From: a virus
IMG/VR virus record: IMGVR_UViG_3300045988_169069
Reading direction: 5' to 3' (one strand)
DNA: 53,660 nt
The position numbers and the translations under genes were made by a program. A model generated the notes under the pieces. The model was not told the origin of the DNA and searched no databases. It was given only the letters and a program-made list of their open reading frames with translations. Shown here piece after piece: positions 29,942 to 38,987 of the stretch; the stretch's first letter is position 1, and the number at the start of each line of letters is the position of its first letter.

Positions 29942-29983
29942 CTATTAAAGCGATATATAATAAAGAAAAGATTAAAAGCTCTC

Positions 29984-30000
29984 CAGAAGAGCCTAAAATA
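29984..30000 (+). promoter_or_regulatory. Copy of the 17-nt intergenic motif CAGAAGAGCCTAAAATA
   Basis: Read directly, 9 nt upstream of the ATG at 30009. Member of the motif family listed in the findings. Confidence 0.5.
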
Positions 30001-30008
30001 GCTTACAC

Positions 30009-30617
30009 ATGAAAATAAAAATCATATTAACACTCATTGCAATAATAGCGAGTTGCTTGATGTGCAACAGAATACAGTATTTAACTGAGGAAAACAATAG
30101 GTTGTCTAACAACCAAGAAACTCTATTAACTGAAAATGAGCATTACAAAATACGTGACAGCCTCAATGTATCTAAGACAAATCAATTAGAGTTGAAGTTA
30201 TCTGAACTCAAAAAGTATAAATCAGAATACACACAATTGGTTAAAGATTTGAACATTAAGAATTCTCAGTTAGAGCAGATAATCAGCGTAAATGCAGAGA
30301 CTATTACAAACCTAAAAGCTATGCTGAGAGATTCTATTAGACTTGATACAGTCAGCAATATAATAGATACTCTAAAATGCTTTGAATACAAATCAAAATA
30401 TACAGATGTTTCTGGATGTATCAATAAAGATATTATAGATATGCAGATACGCAATAGAGAATCATTAAAAGCTATAGAAAGCAAGAAAAAGAAAAAGTTC
30501 CTGTTTTTCAAACTGCCTATATGGCTATTTGGTTATAAAAGTAAGCAATTAGATATTGTAAGCCTCAATCCTAATACTACAATAGAATATATTGAATATA
30601 TTTCTGTGACAAAATAG
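30009..30617 (+). CDS. Spanin-like lipoprotein with coiled coil
   Basis: Signal/lipobox-like N-terminus MKIKIILTLIAIIASC followed by coiled-coil sequence. Last gene of the lysis cassette. Confidence 0.5.
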   Translation: MKIKIILTLIAIIASCLMCNRIQYLTEENNRLSNNQETLLTENEHYKIRDSLNVSKTNQLELKLSELKKYKSEYTQLVKDLNIKNSQLEQIISVNAETITNLKAMLRDSIRLDTVSNIIDTLKCFEYKSKYTDVSGCINKDIIDMQIRNRESLKAIESKKKKKFLFFKLPIWLFGYKSKQLDIVSLNPNTTIEYIEYISVTK

Positions 30618-30621
30618 TTAT

Positions 30622-30926
30622 GCTGTAAACAATGAGAAACAAAGTAAACAATCCATTGTTTACACTTAAGCGATTGAAAATCAATCACTTTTACCCAAAA
30701 TAAACAAAGAAACAATAAAAACTATAAATCTTTTATGCATAATTATTACAAAATACCTATTAGATAATATTCTGGAATTAGCGTTTTTAAGGTCCTATAT
30801 ATAACCTTTGTTTATTTTGTTCCTTTTGTTTATTCGTTGATAATCAACCATTTAATACAATTTCACAAAAATAAATTATTATTTTATGAAAATAATTTTT
30901 TCTTTCGAATAAAAGAATTATTTTTG
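30622..30926 (+). promoter_or_regulatory. Control region R2 (paralogue of R1) with TAAACAA iterons, ending in a TAttTTTG box
   Basis: GAAACAAAGTAAACAAT at 30636-30652 and ATAAACAAAGAAACAAT at about 30700-30716, with inverted TTTGTTTATTTTGTTCCTTTTGTTTATT at 30806-30834. Also TTGAAAATCAATCACTT at about 30674-30690. Collinear with 436-883. Confidence 0.55.
30919..30926 (+). promoter_or_regulatory. Bacteroidota-type -7 box TAttTTTG upstream of the replication module
   Basis: TATTTTTG read directly, 35 nt upstream of the ATG at 30961. Confidence 0.45.
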
Positions 30927-30960
30927 CAATGTTCTTAAAAACAAAAACGTAAAACAATAT

Positions 30961-31368
30961 ATGGAACAGTTTAACTTAAACAGTGTAATCGAGCAATATA
31001 AGCTCAATACTGAAGAACTTGCAAAAGTATTATTCCCTTCAGTAAAATATCCTAAGCAGGCTCTTGACCGTATATTAAAAGGTGAAGCAGACTTAGATGT
31101 AAAGCAACTTCAAGCTTTGGCATATCATTTAGGAGTGCTAATATCAGATTTATTCCAAAGTGCCAATGCTAACAATTGGTATGGAGTATCAGAAGACAAT
31201 TGTCTGTGCTTCATAAAAGGAGAGTTCAAAATAAAGCTAAATTACAATGGCGTGTACATAACTGTATACAAAAACAATATTGTAGTTGATAAGATAATAG
31301 CAGACGTTCCAAGCATGTCTATAGAGCAGTTCAAAGAATATATTAACAACTTAATTGAAAATTATTGA
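30961..31368 (+). CDS. Putative HTH DNA-binding regulator
   Basis: 135 aa. N-terminal LNTEELAKVLFPSVKYPKQALDRILKGEADLDVKQLQALAYHLGV resembles XRE/Cro-type HTH. First gene after control region R2. Confidence 0.5.
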   Translation: MEQFNLNSVIEQYKLNTEELAKVLFPSVKYPKQALDRILKGEADLDVKQLQALAYHLGVLISDLFQSANANNWYGVSEDNCLCFIKGEFKIKLNYNGVYITVYKNNIVVDKIIADVPSMSIEQFKEYINNLIENY

Positions 31369-31370
31369 TT

Positions 31371-31811
31371 ATGGAAACTTTAAAATTTTCTATTGATGTG
31401 AATGTAAACATCAGTTTTGACAAAAACACAAGTGGCTTATTTTCAAATGCAGTCAATGCAGCATTAGCAGGTATTTTATCTGGCCCACGTTGTCATTGTA
31501 ATGCCCCTACGATAGAGCCAGCTGAAAAAGTTGCAGAAAAGCCAGCTGAAAAAGTTGCAGAAAAGCCAGCTGAAAAAGTTGCAGAAAAGCCAGCTGAAAA
31601 AGTTGCAGAAAAGCCAGCTGAAAAAGTTGCAGAAAAGCCAGCCGCTACAACCGGAGTATCTATTGAAGATGTACGTAAAGCACTAGCATCTAAAGTCAAT
31701 GAACACCGTCAAGAAATCAAAGAAAAACTTGAGGAACTAGGTGCTCCCAGTGTTACAAAACTAGGCCCTTCAAAATATGAAGAAATGTATAACTATTTAA
31801 CCAGCTTGTAA
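31371..31811 (+). CDS. Repeat-containing protein (5 x KPAEKVAE) with C-terminal helical domain
   Basis: ORF-track start 31365 is TTG; the ATG is at 31371. Contains a perfect 24-bp x5 tandem repeat. C-terminal GVSIEDVRKALASKV...LGAPSVTKL looks like a SAP/HeH-type helical motif. Confidence 0.6.
   Translation: METLKFSIDVNVNISFDKNTSGLFSNAVNAALAGILSGPRCHCNAPTIEPAEKVAEKPAEKVAEKPAEKVAEKPAEKVAEKPAEKVAEKPAATTGVSIEDVRKALASKVNEHRQEIKEKLEELGAPSVTKLGPSKYEEMYNYLTSL
31517..31636 (+). repeat. Perfect 24-bp tandem repeat x5 (GCCAGCTGAAAAAGTTGCAGAAAA), in-frame
   Basis: Five identical units at 31517, 31541, 31565, 31589 and 31613. A sixth unit diverges after 6 nt. Confidence 0.95.
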
Positions 31812-31814
31812 AAA

Positions 31815-31955
31815 ATGCCTAAGAGTAAAACAAAAAGAATGAGAGAGCTTTCATTAGCTTCTTACAGAAGAGAACCTAAAAGATTCTTTGATTTACAGAG
31901 ACAATGCATCTATATTGCAAACGTTTTAAAATGCACAGCAAATGGGAACAACTAG
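31815..31955 (+). CDS. Possible 46-aa basic protein (below ORF-track cutoff)
   Basis: Hand translation MPKSKTKRMRELSLASYRREPKRFFDLQRQCIYIANVLKCTANGNN. Fills the 31812-31941 gap and overlaps the next gene by 14 nt. Confidence 0.35.
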   Translation: MPKSKTKRMRELSLASYRREPKRFFDLQRQCIYIANVLKCTANGNN

Positions 31956-33147
31956 CACTAAATTACAAGACCACTCTCAACGTAGTCATGCATTGCTTTC
32001 AGCATCTGGTGCAAGTAGATGGTTAAATTGTACGCCATCTGCAAGACTTGAAGAAGAATTTGGTCAAAGACGCACATCTGTGTATGCAGAAGAAGGAACT
32101 TTAGCGCATGAATTATCTGAGTTGTACTTATCTAGAGATGTATTGCAATCTATTGATGAAGATACATTCAATTCGAGGTTAGAAGAGATAATGGCAAATG
32201 ATTTGTTCAACGAAGAAATGCTTGATGTAATACCTATTTACACAGACTACTGCGCAATGCAATATGCTGAAGCAAAGACAAACTGCGGGCTTGCATCAAT
32301 TGAAATTGAGCAAAAGTTTGATTTGACTGAATACGTACCAGAATCATTCGGTACGTCTGACTGTACAATCATAGCAGATGATATATTAGAAGTAATTGAT
32401 TTGAAGTACGGAAAAGGAGTTCCTGTATATGCTACATGGAATAAGCAGTTAATGCTATATGGACTTGGTGCTCTTCGCATGTATGATACTATGTACTGTA
32501 TAAGCAAGTTGCGTCTTACCATTGTACAACCTAGAATCAACAATATTTCTACGTTTGAAATATCAGTGGAAGAACTAATTTCTTGGGCTGAGCAAGAGCT
32601 AAAAAGCAAAGCATTAGATGCATTTGAAGGCAGAGGTACATTAGAAGCGGGTGATTGGTGTAAATTCTGTTCTGTTAAGAACAAATGTAGAGCTCTATAT
32701 GAGAAAAATATGGAGATTGCAAAGTATGAGCAGAAAAAAGCTGAATTTTTAACAGATGAAGAAATTTCTGATGTTATTAAACGAACTCCTGCTTTAATTG
32801 AATGGGCCAATTCTATATTAACGTATGCTAACGAGAAAGCAATCAGCGAAGGTAAACATTGGCCAGGCTTCAAACTTGTTGAGGGAACTAGCAGACGCAA
32901 ATGGATTGATGAAGATTCTGCAACTCAAACAATTCTTGATAAGTTGCCTGAACTCTCAGAAGATGATATTTTCAACATGAAACTTAAGCCAATTACGCAG
33001 ATTGAAAAAACAGTCGGCAAAAAGAGATTTAATGAAATATTATCAGATGTAGTAGTAAAACCTCAAGGCAAACCTATTTTGGTTCCAGAAGAGGACAAAC
33101 GCCCTGCTTTAGGTGTGTCGCAAGCTCAATTAGATTTTAAAGAATAA
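31942..33147 (+). CDS. PD-(D/E)XK nuclease, DUF2800 / Cas4-like with Cys cluster
   Basis: N-terminal HALLSASGASRWLNCTPS, core SDCTIIADDILEVIDLKYGKG (D...D/ExK), and C-terminal CKFCSVKNKC. Together with the N-terminal Cys this gives a four-Cys cluster. Confidence 0.75.
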   Translation: MGTTSTKLQDHSQRSHALLSASGASRWLNCTPSARLEEEFGQRRTSVYAEEGTLAHELSELYLSRDVLQSIDEDTFNSRLEEIMANDLFNEEMLDVIPIYTDYCAMQYAEAKTNCGLASIEIEQKFDLTEYVPESFGTSDCTIIADDILEVIDLKYGKGVPVYATWNKQLMLYGLGALRMYDTMYCISKLRLTIVQPRINNISTFEISVEELISWAEQELKSKALDAFEGRGTLEAGDWCKFCSVKNKCRALYEKNMEIAKYEQKKAEFLTDEEISDVIKRTPALIEWANSILTYANEKAISEGKHWPGFKLVEGTSRRKWIDEDSATQTILDKLPELSEDDIFNMKLKPITQIEKTVGKKRFNEILSDVVVKPQGKPILVPEEDKRPALGVSQAQLDFKE

Positions 33148-33165
33148 CAGTAAAACTAAATAATT

Positions 33166-33333
33166 ATGGACTCAAATAATATTTATAGTGCTCCAGTATT
33201 AGGAACAGCTTTTGTTAAAGACCCTAACAATATGATTGGTTTTGGTACAGCGATGATTAACTGGAAAGCCACCCATAGAAAACTAAAAGGTTATAAAAAA
33301 AAGCCGCAAAGAGAAAATAACAAAATTGTATAA
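33166..33333 (+). CDS. Possible 55-aa protein (below ORF-track cutoff)
   Basis: Hand translation MDSNNIYSAPVLGTAFVKDPNNMIGFGTAMINWKATHRKLKGYKKKPQRENNKIV fills the 33148-33353 gap. Confidence 0.35.
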   Translation: MDSNNIYSAPVLGTAFVKDPNNMIGFGTAMINWKATHRKLKGYKKKPQRENNKIV

Positions 33334-33353
33334 CAAATTAATTTTTAAAAAAT

Positions 33354-33899
33354 ATGGAAAATAGTACAAAAGTAATCACAGGAAAAGTAAGATTCAGCTA
33401 CGCTAATGTTTTTGAACCCACTGCCATGCAGGATGGTCAAACGCCTAAATACAATGTAAGTATTATCATTTCAAAGTCTGATACTAAAACAGTTGAGGCT
33501 ATCAAAAAGGCGATTGAGGCAGCAAAAGAAGCTGGAAAAAGTAAAATTGCTGATAAAAATGGCAAAATTCCTGTTAACTTGAAAACTCCTCTTCGTGATG
33601 GAGACGAAGAACGTCCAGATGACCCTGCATACGAAAACAGCTATTTCATAAATGCTAATTCTGAAAGAAAACCCGGCATTGTAGACAGAGACTTGAATCC
33701 AATTATGAGCCGCGATGATTTTTACTCAGGATGCTATGGCCGTGCGTCTATCAACTTCTATGCATTCAATGTTAACTCAAAAGGCATTGCTTGTGGATTG
33801 AATAATCTGCAAAAATTAGAAGACGGAGAAAGACTAGCCGGAGGTTCTAGCGCTGAAGAAGACTTTGGCGGGGGTAATGCAGTTGATGATTTAATGTAA
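33354..33899 (+). CDS. ssDNA-binding protein, DUF2815 family
   Basis: N-terminal VITGKVRFSYANVFEP and an acidic C-terminal tail EEDFGGGNAVDDLM. Conserved synteny DUF2800-DUF2815-PolA. Confidence 0.7.
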   Translation: MENSTKVITGKVRFSYANVFEPTAMQDGQTPKYNVSIIISKSDTKTVEAIKKAIEAAKEAGKSKIADKNGKIPVNLKTPLRDGDEERPDDPAYENSYFINANSERKPGIVDRDLNPIMSRDDFYSGCYGRASINFYAFNVNSKGIACGLNNLQKLEDGERLAGGSSAEEDFGGGNAVDDLM

Positions 33900-33916
33900 T
33901 CTGTGATTGTATGCCG

Positions 33917-33954
33917 TATATGCCCTGGCTAATTAGACTAGGGCATATATTTTA
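33917..33954 (+). terminator. Rho-independent terminator after the SSB gene
   Basis: Perfect 10-bp stem TATATGCCCT / AGGGCATATA with a 13-nt loop, followed by TTTTAT. Confidence 0.65.
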
Positions 33955-33955
33955 T

Positions 33956-34030
33956 GGGATAGTAAGTTTAACTGGTAAAACAGAGCGAGATATGAGCATT
34001 CACTTGCAGGTTCGACTCCTGTCTATCCCG
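33956..34030 (+). tRNA. tRNA-like gene; isotype not assignable (aberrant anticodon arm)
   Basis: 7-bp acceptor stem GGGATAG/CTATCCC, D-arm with GG loop, and T-arm GCAGG-TTCGACT-CCTGT. No clean 5-bp stem with a 7-nt loop can be drawn for the anticodon arm. The best hand fold has a 9-nt loop. Confidence 0.5.
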
Positions 34031-34060
34031 CTATTATAAATATATTCAAATAAAATAACA

Positions 34061-36034
34061 ATGGCGAAAGACTTATTCATAGACATTGAAACGTATTCAT
34101 CTGTCGATATTAAAACATGTGGAGCATATAAATATATTCAATCTCCAGACTTTGAAATATTGATAATAGGGTATGCTATCGACGATGGACCCGTTAAAAT
34201 CATAGATTTATTGCTCGGAGAAGAAATTCCTGAGGAATTTGAAGAAGCATTCTTTGGTGAAAACTGTAAAAAACATGCACACAATGCAGTGTTTGAACGA
34301 CTTTCATTCAATAGAATTGGATATAATATTCCAGTAAGTCAATGGTATTGTACAGCAGTTAAAGCAGCATACTGTGGGCTTCCTTTCTCTCTTGAAGAAG
34401 TATCAAAGAAACTTGATTTGAAAGACAAAAAGTTAGATACAGGAAAAGCACTCATCAAGTATTTCTCATGTCCATGCAAACCAACTAAAATAAATGGTAT
34501 GCGTACTCGTAATTATCCTGAACATGCACCAGAAAAATGGGAAATGTACAAAGAGTATAACATGTATGACGTACTAGCAGAAAGAGAAATATACAACAGA
34601 CTGAAACAGTACGAAATTCCAGAATTTGAAAGAAGTCTATACATTTTAGACCAAACAATAAATGACAGAGGCATTCTCGTTGACATGGAATTAGCAAATT
34701 CTGCTATATATGTAGATACAGAATATACAGATTACTTGACTTCAAGAGTAAGAGAAATAACAGAGCTCGAAAACCCGAATTCTCCAGTACAATTGCGCCA
34801 ATGGCTTAAAGCAGTTACAGGTGAAGATATAACATCACTCGCAAAAGATATAATTCCAGTTCTTATCGACAAGTATTCTTCAAATAAAGAAATTGTAGAA
34901 GTACTAGAAGCAAGACAAAAACTATCTCGTTCGTCTGTAAAGAAATACTATGCTATGGTAAATTGTGCAATGAACGATAATAGAGTTAGAGGAACATTTC
35001 AATTTTACGGAGCAAATAGAACTGGTAGATGGGCAGGAAGATTATTGCAATTGCAGAATCTTTCTAAAAATCATTTAGCAAATATAGAAGTACCTCGAGA
35101 TTTAATAAGAAAAAGAGATTGGGAAACTGTTGAAATGATGTATGATGATGTAGCTGATATACTTTCACAATTGGTACGAACAGCTCTTATAGCTCCTGAT
35201 GGTAAAACATTCTGTGTTGCTGACTTCTCTGCAATCGAAGCGAGAGTAGTATCTTGGCTTGCTGATGAAGAATGGCGATTAGAAGTATTTAGAGGTGATG
35301 GCAAAATTTATGAAGCAGCTGGAGCGAGAATGTTTAATGTTCCTATATCTGCTGTAACCAAAGGTTCTGACTTGCGTGCAAAGGCAAAAAATGCAGAGTT
35401 AGCATTAGGATATCAAGGCTCTCTAGGTGCAATGAAAAGAATGGGTGGTGACAAAATGGGTATGAGTGATACTGAAATGATGAGCATTGTGCATAAATGG
35501 AGAAAAGCCAATCCTAACATTGTTGCGTTGTGGCAAGAAATTGAAGACGCAGCATATGAAGCTGTTAGATATCAGAGAAAAGTTGTAGCAACAGTTAGAA
35601 ATCTAGAATTTGATTGTAACGGAGAATACTTGACAGTCAAGCTCCCATCATCTCATACATTGTATTACAGGAACCCAAGATTTAAAGAAAAAGCTGTTGG
35701 AAGGTCTAACGCAAAAGTACTATGCTACGATGGAATTATACAAGAGACAAAACAGTGGGGTGATATTGATACTTACGGTGGTAAGCTAACAGAGAACATT
35801 GTGCAAGCTATTTCAAGAGATTTAATCGGATATGCTATGATGCAACTGGAAGAAAATGGCTACGCAATCACAATGCATGTACATGATGAGGCTATAGCTG
35901 AAGTTCCAGCAGATGGATGGGAGAAGCAATGGTTGTCAGAAATGGAACGTATAATGGGAACTCCACCTTATTGGGCATCTGACCTGCCATTGAATGCAGA
36001 TGGTTATGTTACGCCTTTCTACAAAAAAGATTAA
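34061..36034 (+). CDS. polA: Family A DNA polymerase with 3'-5' exonuclease domain
   Basis: Exo motifs FIDIETYS, HNAVFERLSF and YNMYDVL. Pol motif A VADFSAIEARV, motif B RAKAKNAELALGYQGS, motif C MHVHDEAI. Confidence 0.9.
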   Translation: MAKDLFIDIETYSSVDIKTCGAYKYIQSPDFEILIIGYAIDDGPVKIIDLLLGEEIPEEFEEAFFGENCKKHAHNAVFERLSFNRIGYNIPVSQWYCTAVKAAYCGLPFSLEEVSKKLDLKDKKLDTGKALIKYFSCPCKPTKINGMRTRNYPEHAPEKWEMYKEYNMYDVLAEREIYNRLKQYEIPEFERSLYILDQTINDRGILVDMELANSAIYVDTEYTDYLTSRVREITELENPNSPVQLRQWLKAVTGEDITSLAKDIIPVLIDKYSSNKEIVEVLEARQKLSRSSVKKYYAMVNCAMNDNRVRGTFQFYGANRTGRWAGRLLQLQNLSKNHLANIEVPRDLIRKRDWETVEMMYDDVADILSQLVRTALIAPDGKTFCVADFSAIEARVVSWLADEEWRLEVFRGDGKIYEAAGARMFNVPISAVTKGSDLRAKAKNAELALGYQGSLGAMKRMGGDKMGMSDTEMMSIVHKWRKANPNIVALWQEIEDAAYEAVRYQRKVVATVRNLEFDCNGEYLTVKLPSSHTLYYRNPRFKEKAVGRSNAKVLCYDGIIQETKQWGDIDTYGGKLTENIVQAISRDLIGYAMMQLEENGYAITMHVHDEAIAEVPADGWEKQWLSEMERIMGTPPYWASDLPLNADGYVTPFYKKD

Positions 36035-36076
36035 TTATGTTATATTGTATTACTATATACTTATTGTACGCATATT

Positions 36077-38476
36077 ATGCAAGTAGATAAAATAAACTAT
36101 GATGGCAATTTCAATATAGCTATAGGCCTAAGCGCTGGTAGCAGATATTGGAAAAATACTAAAATATCATGGAGTGACCTACTAAAGAAACTCTCTGTTG
36201 CTACTAAGACTGCAGAAACATATAAGCAATTCATGGGAGCAAATAAAGCGGAGCAAGGAAAGATAAAAGATATTGGCGGTTTTGTTGGTGGCTTTCTCAA
36301 CAATGGGAGACGAAACAAAACTGATGTCTTATACCGTCAAATAGTCACTCTTGATATTGACTTTTCTCATGAAAACTTTTGGTGGGACTTTACTATGCTT
36401 TTTTCTTGTGCTGCATGTATACATTCAACGCATAAATCTAGCAAAACAAAACCACGCCATAGATTAATCATACCTTTAAACAGAGAAGTTTCTCAAGAAG
36501 AATACCAAGCAATTGCTAGAAAAATAGCTGGCGATATGAACATTGATTTGTTCGACCAATCTACATTCGATGTAAACAGATTAATGTTTTGGCCATCTAT
36601 ATCATGCGATGCTGAGTATTACTTTGATTACCAAGATGGCCAATTTCTAGATGCTGATTATGTATTATCATTGTATAATGACTGGCATGACACAAATGAA
36701 TGGCCTACAGCTAGTGATTTTACAGATACAATAAATGCAGCTATTAAAAAGCAAGAAGACCCGTCAAATAAAAAAGGAATTATCGGTGTTTTCTGTAGAA
36801 CGTATACAATCCAAGAAGCGATAGAAACATTTTTGCCTGATGTATATGAAAAAGTAGGAGAAGACAGATACACTTACATAAATGGCTCTACTGCTGCAGG
36901 CCTTATTGTATATGAAGATAAGTTTGCGTATTCACATCACGGAACAGACCCAACATCAGGCAGATTATGCAATGCATTTGATTTGGTGCGAATACACAAG
37001 TTTGGCCATTTGGATTCTGGTCAGGAAAAAGCAGATATTGATAAGAAAAGTTTCAAGGAAATGGAAGAATTCGCTGCTAAAGACCCTGCGACTAAGCGTC
37101 ATATAGCAGAAGAGAAATTTTCTGAAGCTAAATATGATTTTGCAGATGAGAATACTAGCTTAGAAGAAGTAATAGAAGATTCTTGGCTAGAACAACTTGA
37201 AGCAAATACCAAGGGAGAATATAACAATTCTGCTAATAACATAAATCTGATTATACAAAATGACAAGCTTTTAAAAGATGCTTTTAAACTTAATGTTTTT
37301 GATAGCAAGAGATATATTATACATTCTCTTCCATGGCGTAAGATTGATAAGATTGAGCCTTTGCGCGATGTTGACTACGCTGGTATACGTAATTATATTG
37401 AATGCGTTTATGGCATCGTATCTAGCCAGAAAGTTGATGATGCTCTTTCACTAGAATTCGAAAAGAAAAGTTTTCATCCGATTATAGACTATTTAAAATC
37501 ATTAACATGGGATGGAACTAAAAGAGTTGATACTCTGTTAATAGACTATTTTGGCTGCGAAGATAACGAATATATAAGAGCGTCTATACGTAAGATGCTT
37601 TGTGCAGCAGTTGCAAGAGTATTTGAACCAGGTATAAAATATGATTTGGCTCTTATTCTGGTAGGTGAACAAGGAACTTATAAAAGTACTTTTATAAAAA
37701 AGCTAGGCCGTGATTGGTTTTCCGATACATTTACAACAGTTCAAGGGAAAGAGGCGTTTGAGCAAATACAAGGTGCTTGGCTTATTGAAATGGCAGAACT
37801 AGCTGGTCTTAAAAAAGCAGAGGTTGAAACTACTAAACACTTCATATCAAAAAGAGAGGATATGTTCCGTCCTGCTTATGGAAGAACAGTAGAAACGTAT
37901 AAACGTCAATGCGTGTTTTTTGGTACAACTAATAATTGCGATTTCTTACGTGACCCTACTGGTGGAAGACGATTCATGCCTGTAGATGTGAGAGTAGAAT
38001 TTGCGAAAAAGTCTGTAATTACTGATTTAACTGACAGCGAAATAGACCAAATTTGGGCTGAAGCATATCAAATGTATATATCAGGAGAGCCTCTGTTCTT
38101 AGTAGGAAATGAAGACAGAATTGCAAAAGCTGAACAGCATAAGCATTCTGAATCTGACGAAAGAAAAGGAATAATAGAATCATACCTGAATAACCGCTAT
38201 CCAGACAATTGGGCTAACATGGACTTGTATGAAAGAAGAAATTGGCTCGATGACCCATTGGCTAAAAAAGGCAATTTACAAAAAGACTTTGTTTGCGTTG
38301 CTGAAGTTTGGTGTGAATGTTTAGGCAAAGATAAAACTGATATGTCACGCTATAACACACGTGAGATAAATGATATATTAAAATCTCTTAATGATTGGGA
38401 GGCTGTTACATCAACTAAAAATTTCCCAATATATGGAAAGCAGAAATATTATAAACGTAAAGATAGCTTATTATAA
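36077..38476 (+). CDS. Bifunctional primase-polymerase / VirE-D5-type helicase
   Basis: N-terminal AEP-like VTLDIDF and IHSTHKS. C-terminal Walker A GEQGTYKSTF and the VirE-like block GAWLIEMAEL...FFGTTN...GGRRF. Confidence 0.8.
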   Translation: MQVDKINYDGNFNIAIGLSAGSRYWKNTKISWSDLLKKLSVATKTAETYKQFMGANKAEQGKIKDIGGFVGGFLNNGRRNKTDVLYRQIVTLDIDFSHENFWWDFTMLFSCAACIHSTHKSSKTKPRHRLIIPLNREVSQEEYQAIARKIAGDMNIDLFDQSTFDVNRLMFWPSISCDAEYYFDYQDGQFLDADYVLSLYNDWHDTNEWPTASDFTDTINAAIKKQEDPSNKKGIIGVFCRTYTIQEAIETFLPDVYEKVGEDRYTYINGSTAAGLIVYEDKFAYSHHGTDPTSGRLCNAFDLVRIHKFGHLDSGQEKADIDKKSFKEMEEFAAKDPATKRHIAEEKFSEAKYDFADENTSLEEVIEDSWLEQLEANTKGEYNNSANNINLIIQNDKLLKDAFKLNVFDSKRYIIHSLPWRKIDKIEPLRDVDYAGIRNYIECVYGIVSSQKVDDALSLEFEKKSFHPIIDYLKSLTWDGTKRVDTLLIDYFGCEDNEYIRASIRKMLCAAVARVFEPGIKYDLALILVGEQGTYKSTFIKKLGRDWFSDTFTTVQGKEAFEQIQGAWLIEMAELAGLKKAEVETTKHFISKREDMFRPAYGRTVETYKRQCVFFGTTNNCDFLRDPTGGRRFMPVDVRVEFAKKSVITDLTDSEIDQIWAEAYQMYISGEPLFLVGNEDRIAKAEQHKHSESDERKGIIESYLNNRYPDNWANMDLYERRNWLDDPLAKKGNLQKDFVCVAEVWCECLGKDKTDMSRYNTREINDILKSLNDWEAVTSTKNFPIYGKQKYYKRKDSLL

Positions 38477-38487
38477 ATTATACTGAT

Positions 38488-38703
38488 ATGAAGTATGTAA
38501 TAATTAGAGCGAATTGCAAGTTTTCTGATGGTTCAAACAGAACCATAAAATATGATGAAAACGAAGTTACAGAAAAGAATGCGTGCAATGATATAAATAA
38601 TTTTAGAGCAAAATTGAAAAATGAGCTTGATACATCTTTGCAGATACTTGGAATAACTGTTGTAAGTATAACTTTTACATATGAAGAAAGAAACAGTAGA
38701 TAG
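38488..38703 (+). CDS. Small hypothetical protein
   Basis: 71-aa ORF between the primase and VRR-NUC genes. Confidence 0.45.
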   Translation: MKYVIIRANCKFSDGSNRTIKYDENEVTEKNACNDINNFRAKLKNELDTSLQILGITVVSITFTYEERNSR

Positions 38704-38986
38704 CGAAAAACTTGTTGAACGCAAATTAGTTCAGCAAGTAAAAGAGAATGGTGGAATGTGCATAAAACTATTATGCAACCATATATTAGGTTTGCCAGAC
38801 AGAATGTGCTTATTTCCTGGAGGAAAAATAGCATTCATTGAGTTAAAAACAACTGGCGAAAAACCTAAAAGAATACAGGTTTTTATGCATGACAAAATAA
38901 GAAAACTTGGATTCCAAGTATTAGTTATTGATAGCACGAAAAAAGTATCTGAGTTTATAAATGATATAACAAATTTACCGTTTTGA
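38681..38986 (+). CDS. VRR-NUC domain nuclease
   Basis: GLPDRMCLFPGGKIAFIELKTTGEKPKRIQ carries the D...ExK signature. Typical partner of an SNF2 helicase in phage replication modules. Confidence 0.75.
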   Translation: MKKETVDSEKLVERKLVQQVKENGGMCIKLLCNHILGLPDRMCLFPGGKIAFIELKTTGEKPKRIQVFMHDKIRKLGFQVLVIDSTKKVSEFINDITNLPF

Positions 38987-38987
38987 T

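Noticed and set aside
31517-31636. Possible CRISPR array (regular 24-bp repeats)
   Set aside because: The units are directly adjacent with no spacers, they are in-frame within a protein-coding gene, and no cas genes are present.
31493-31699. Minus-strand 68-aa ORF with (FSATFSAG)n repeats
   Set aside because: It is a mirror image of the 24-bp coding tandem repeat of 31371-31811.
33956-34030. tRNA-like element as an attP/integration site of a temperate phage
   Set aside because: No integrase, excisionase or repressor-type lysogeny module was found anywhere in the genome. The element is a full cloverleaf-length sequence rather than a 3' tRNA fragment.
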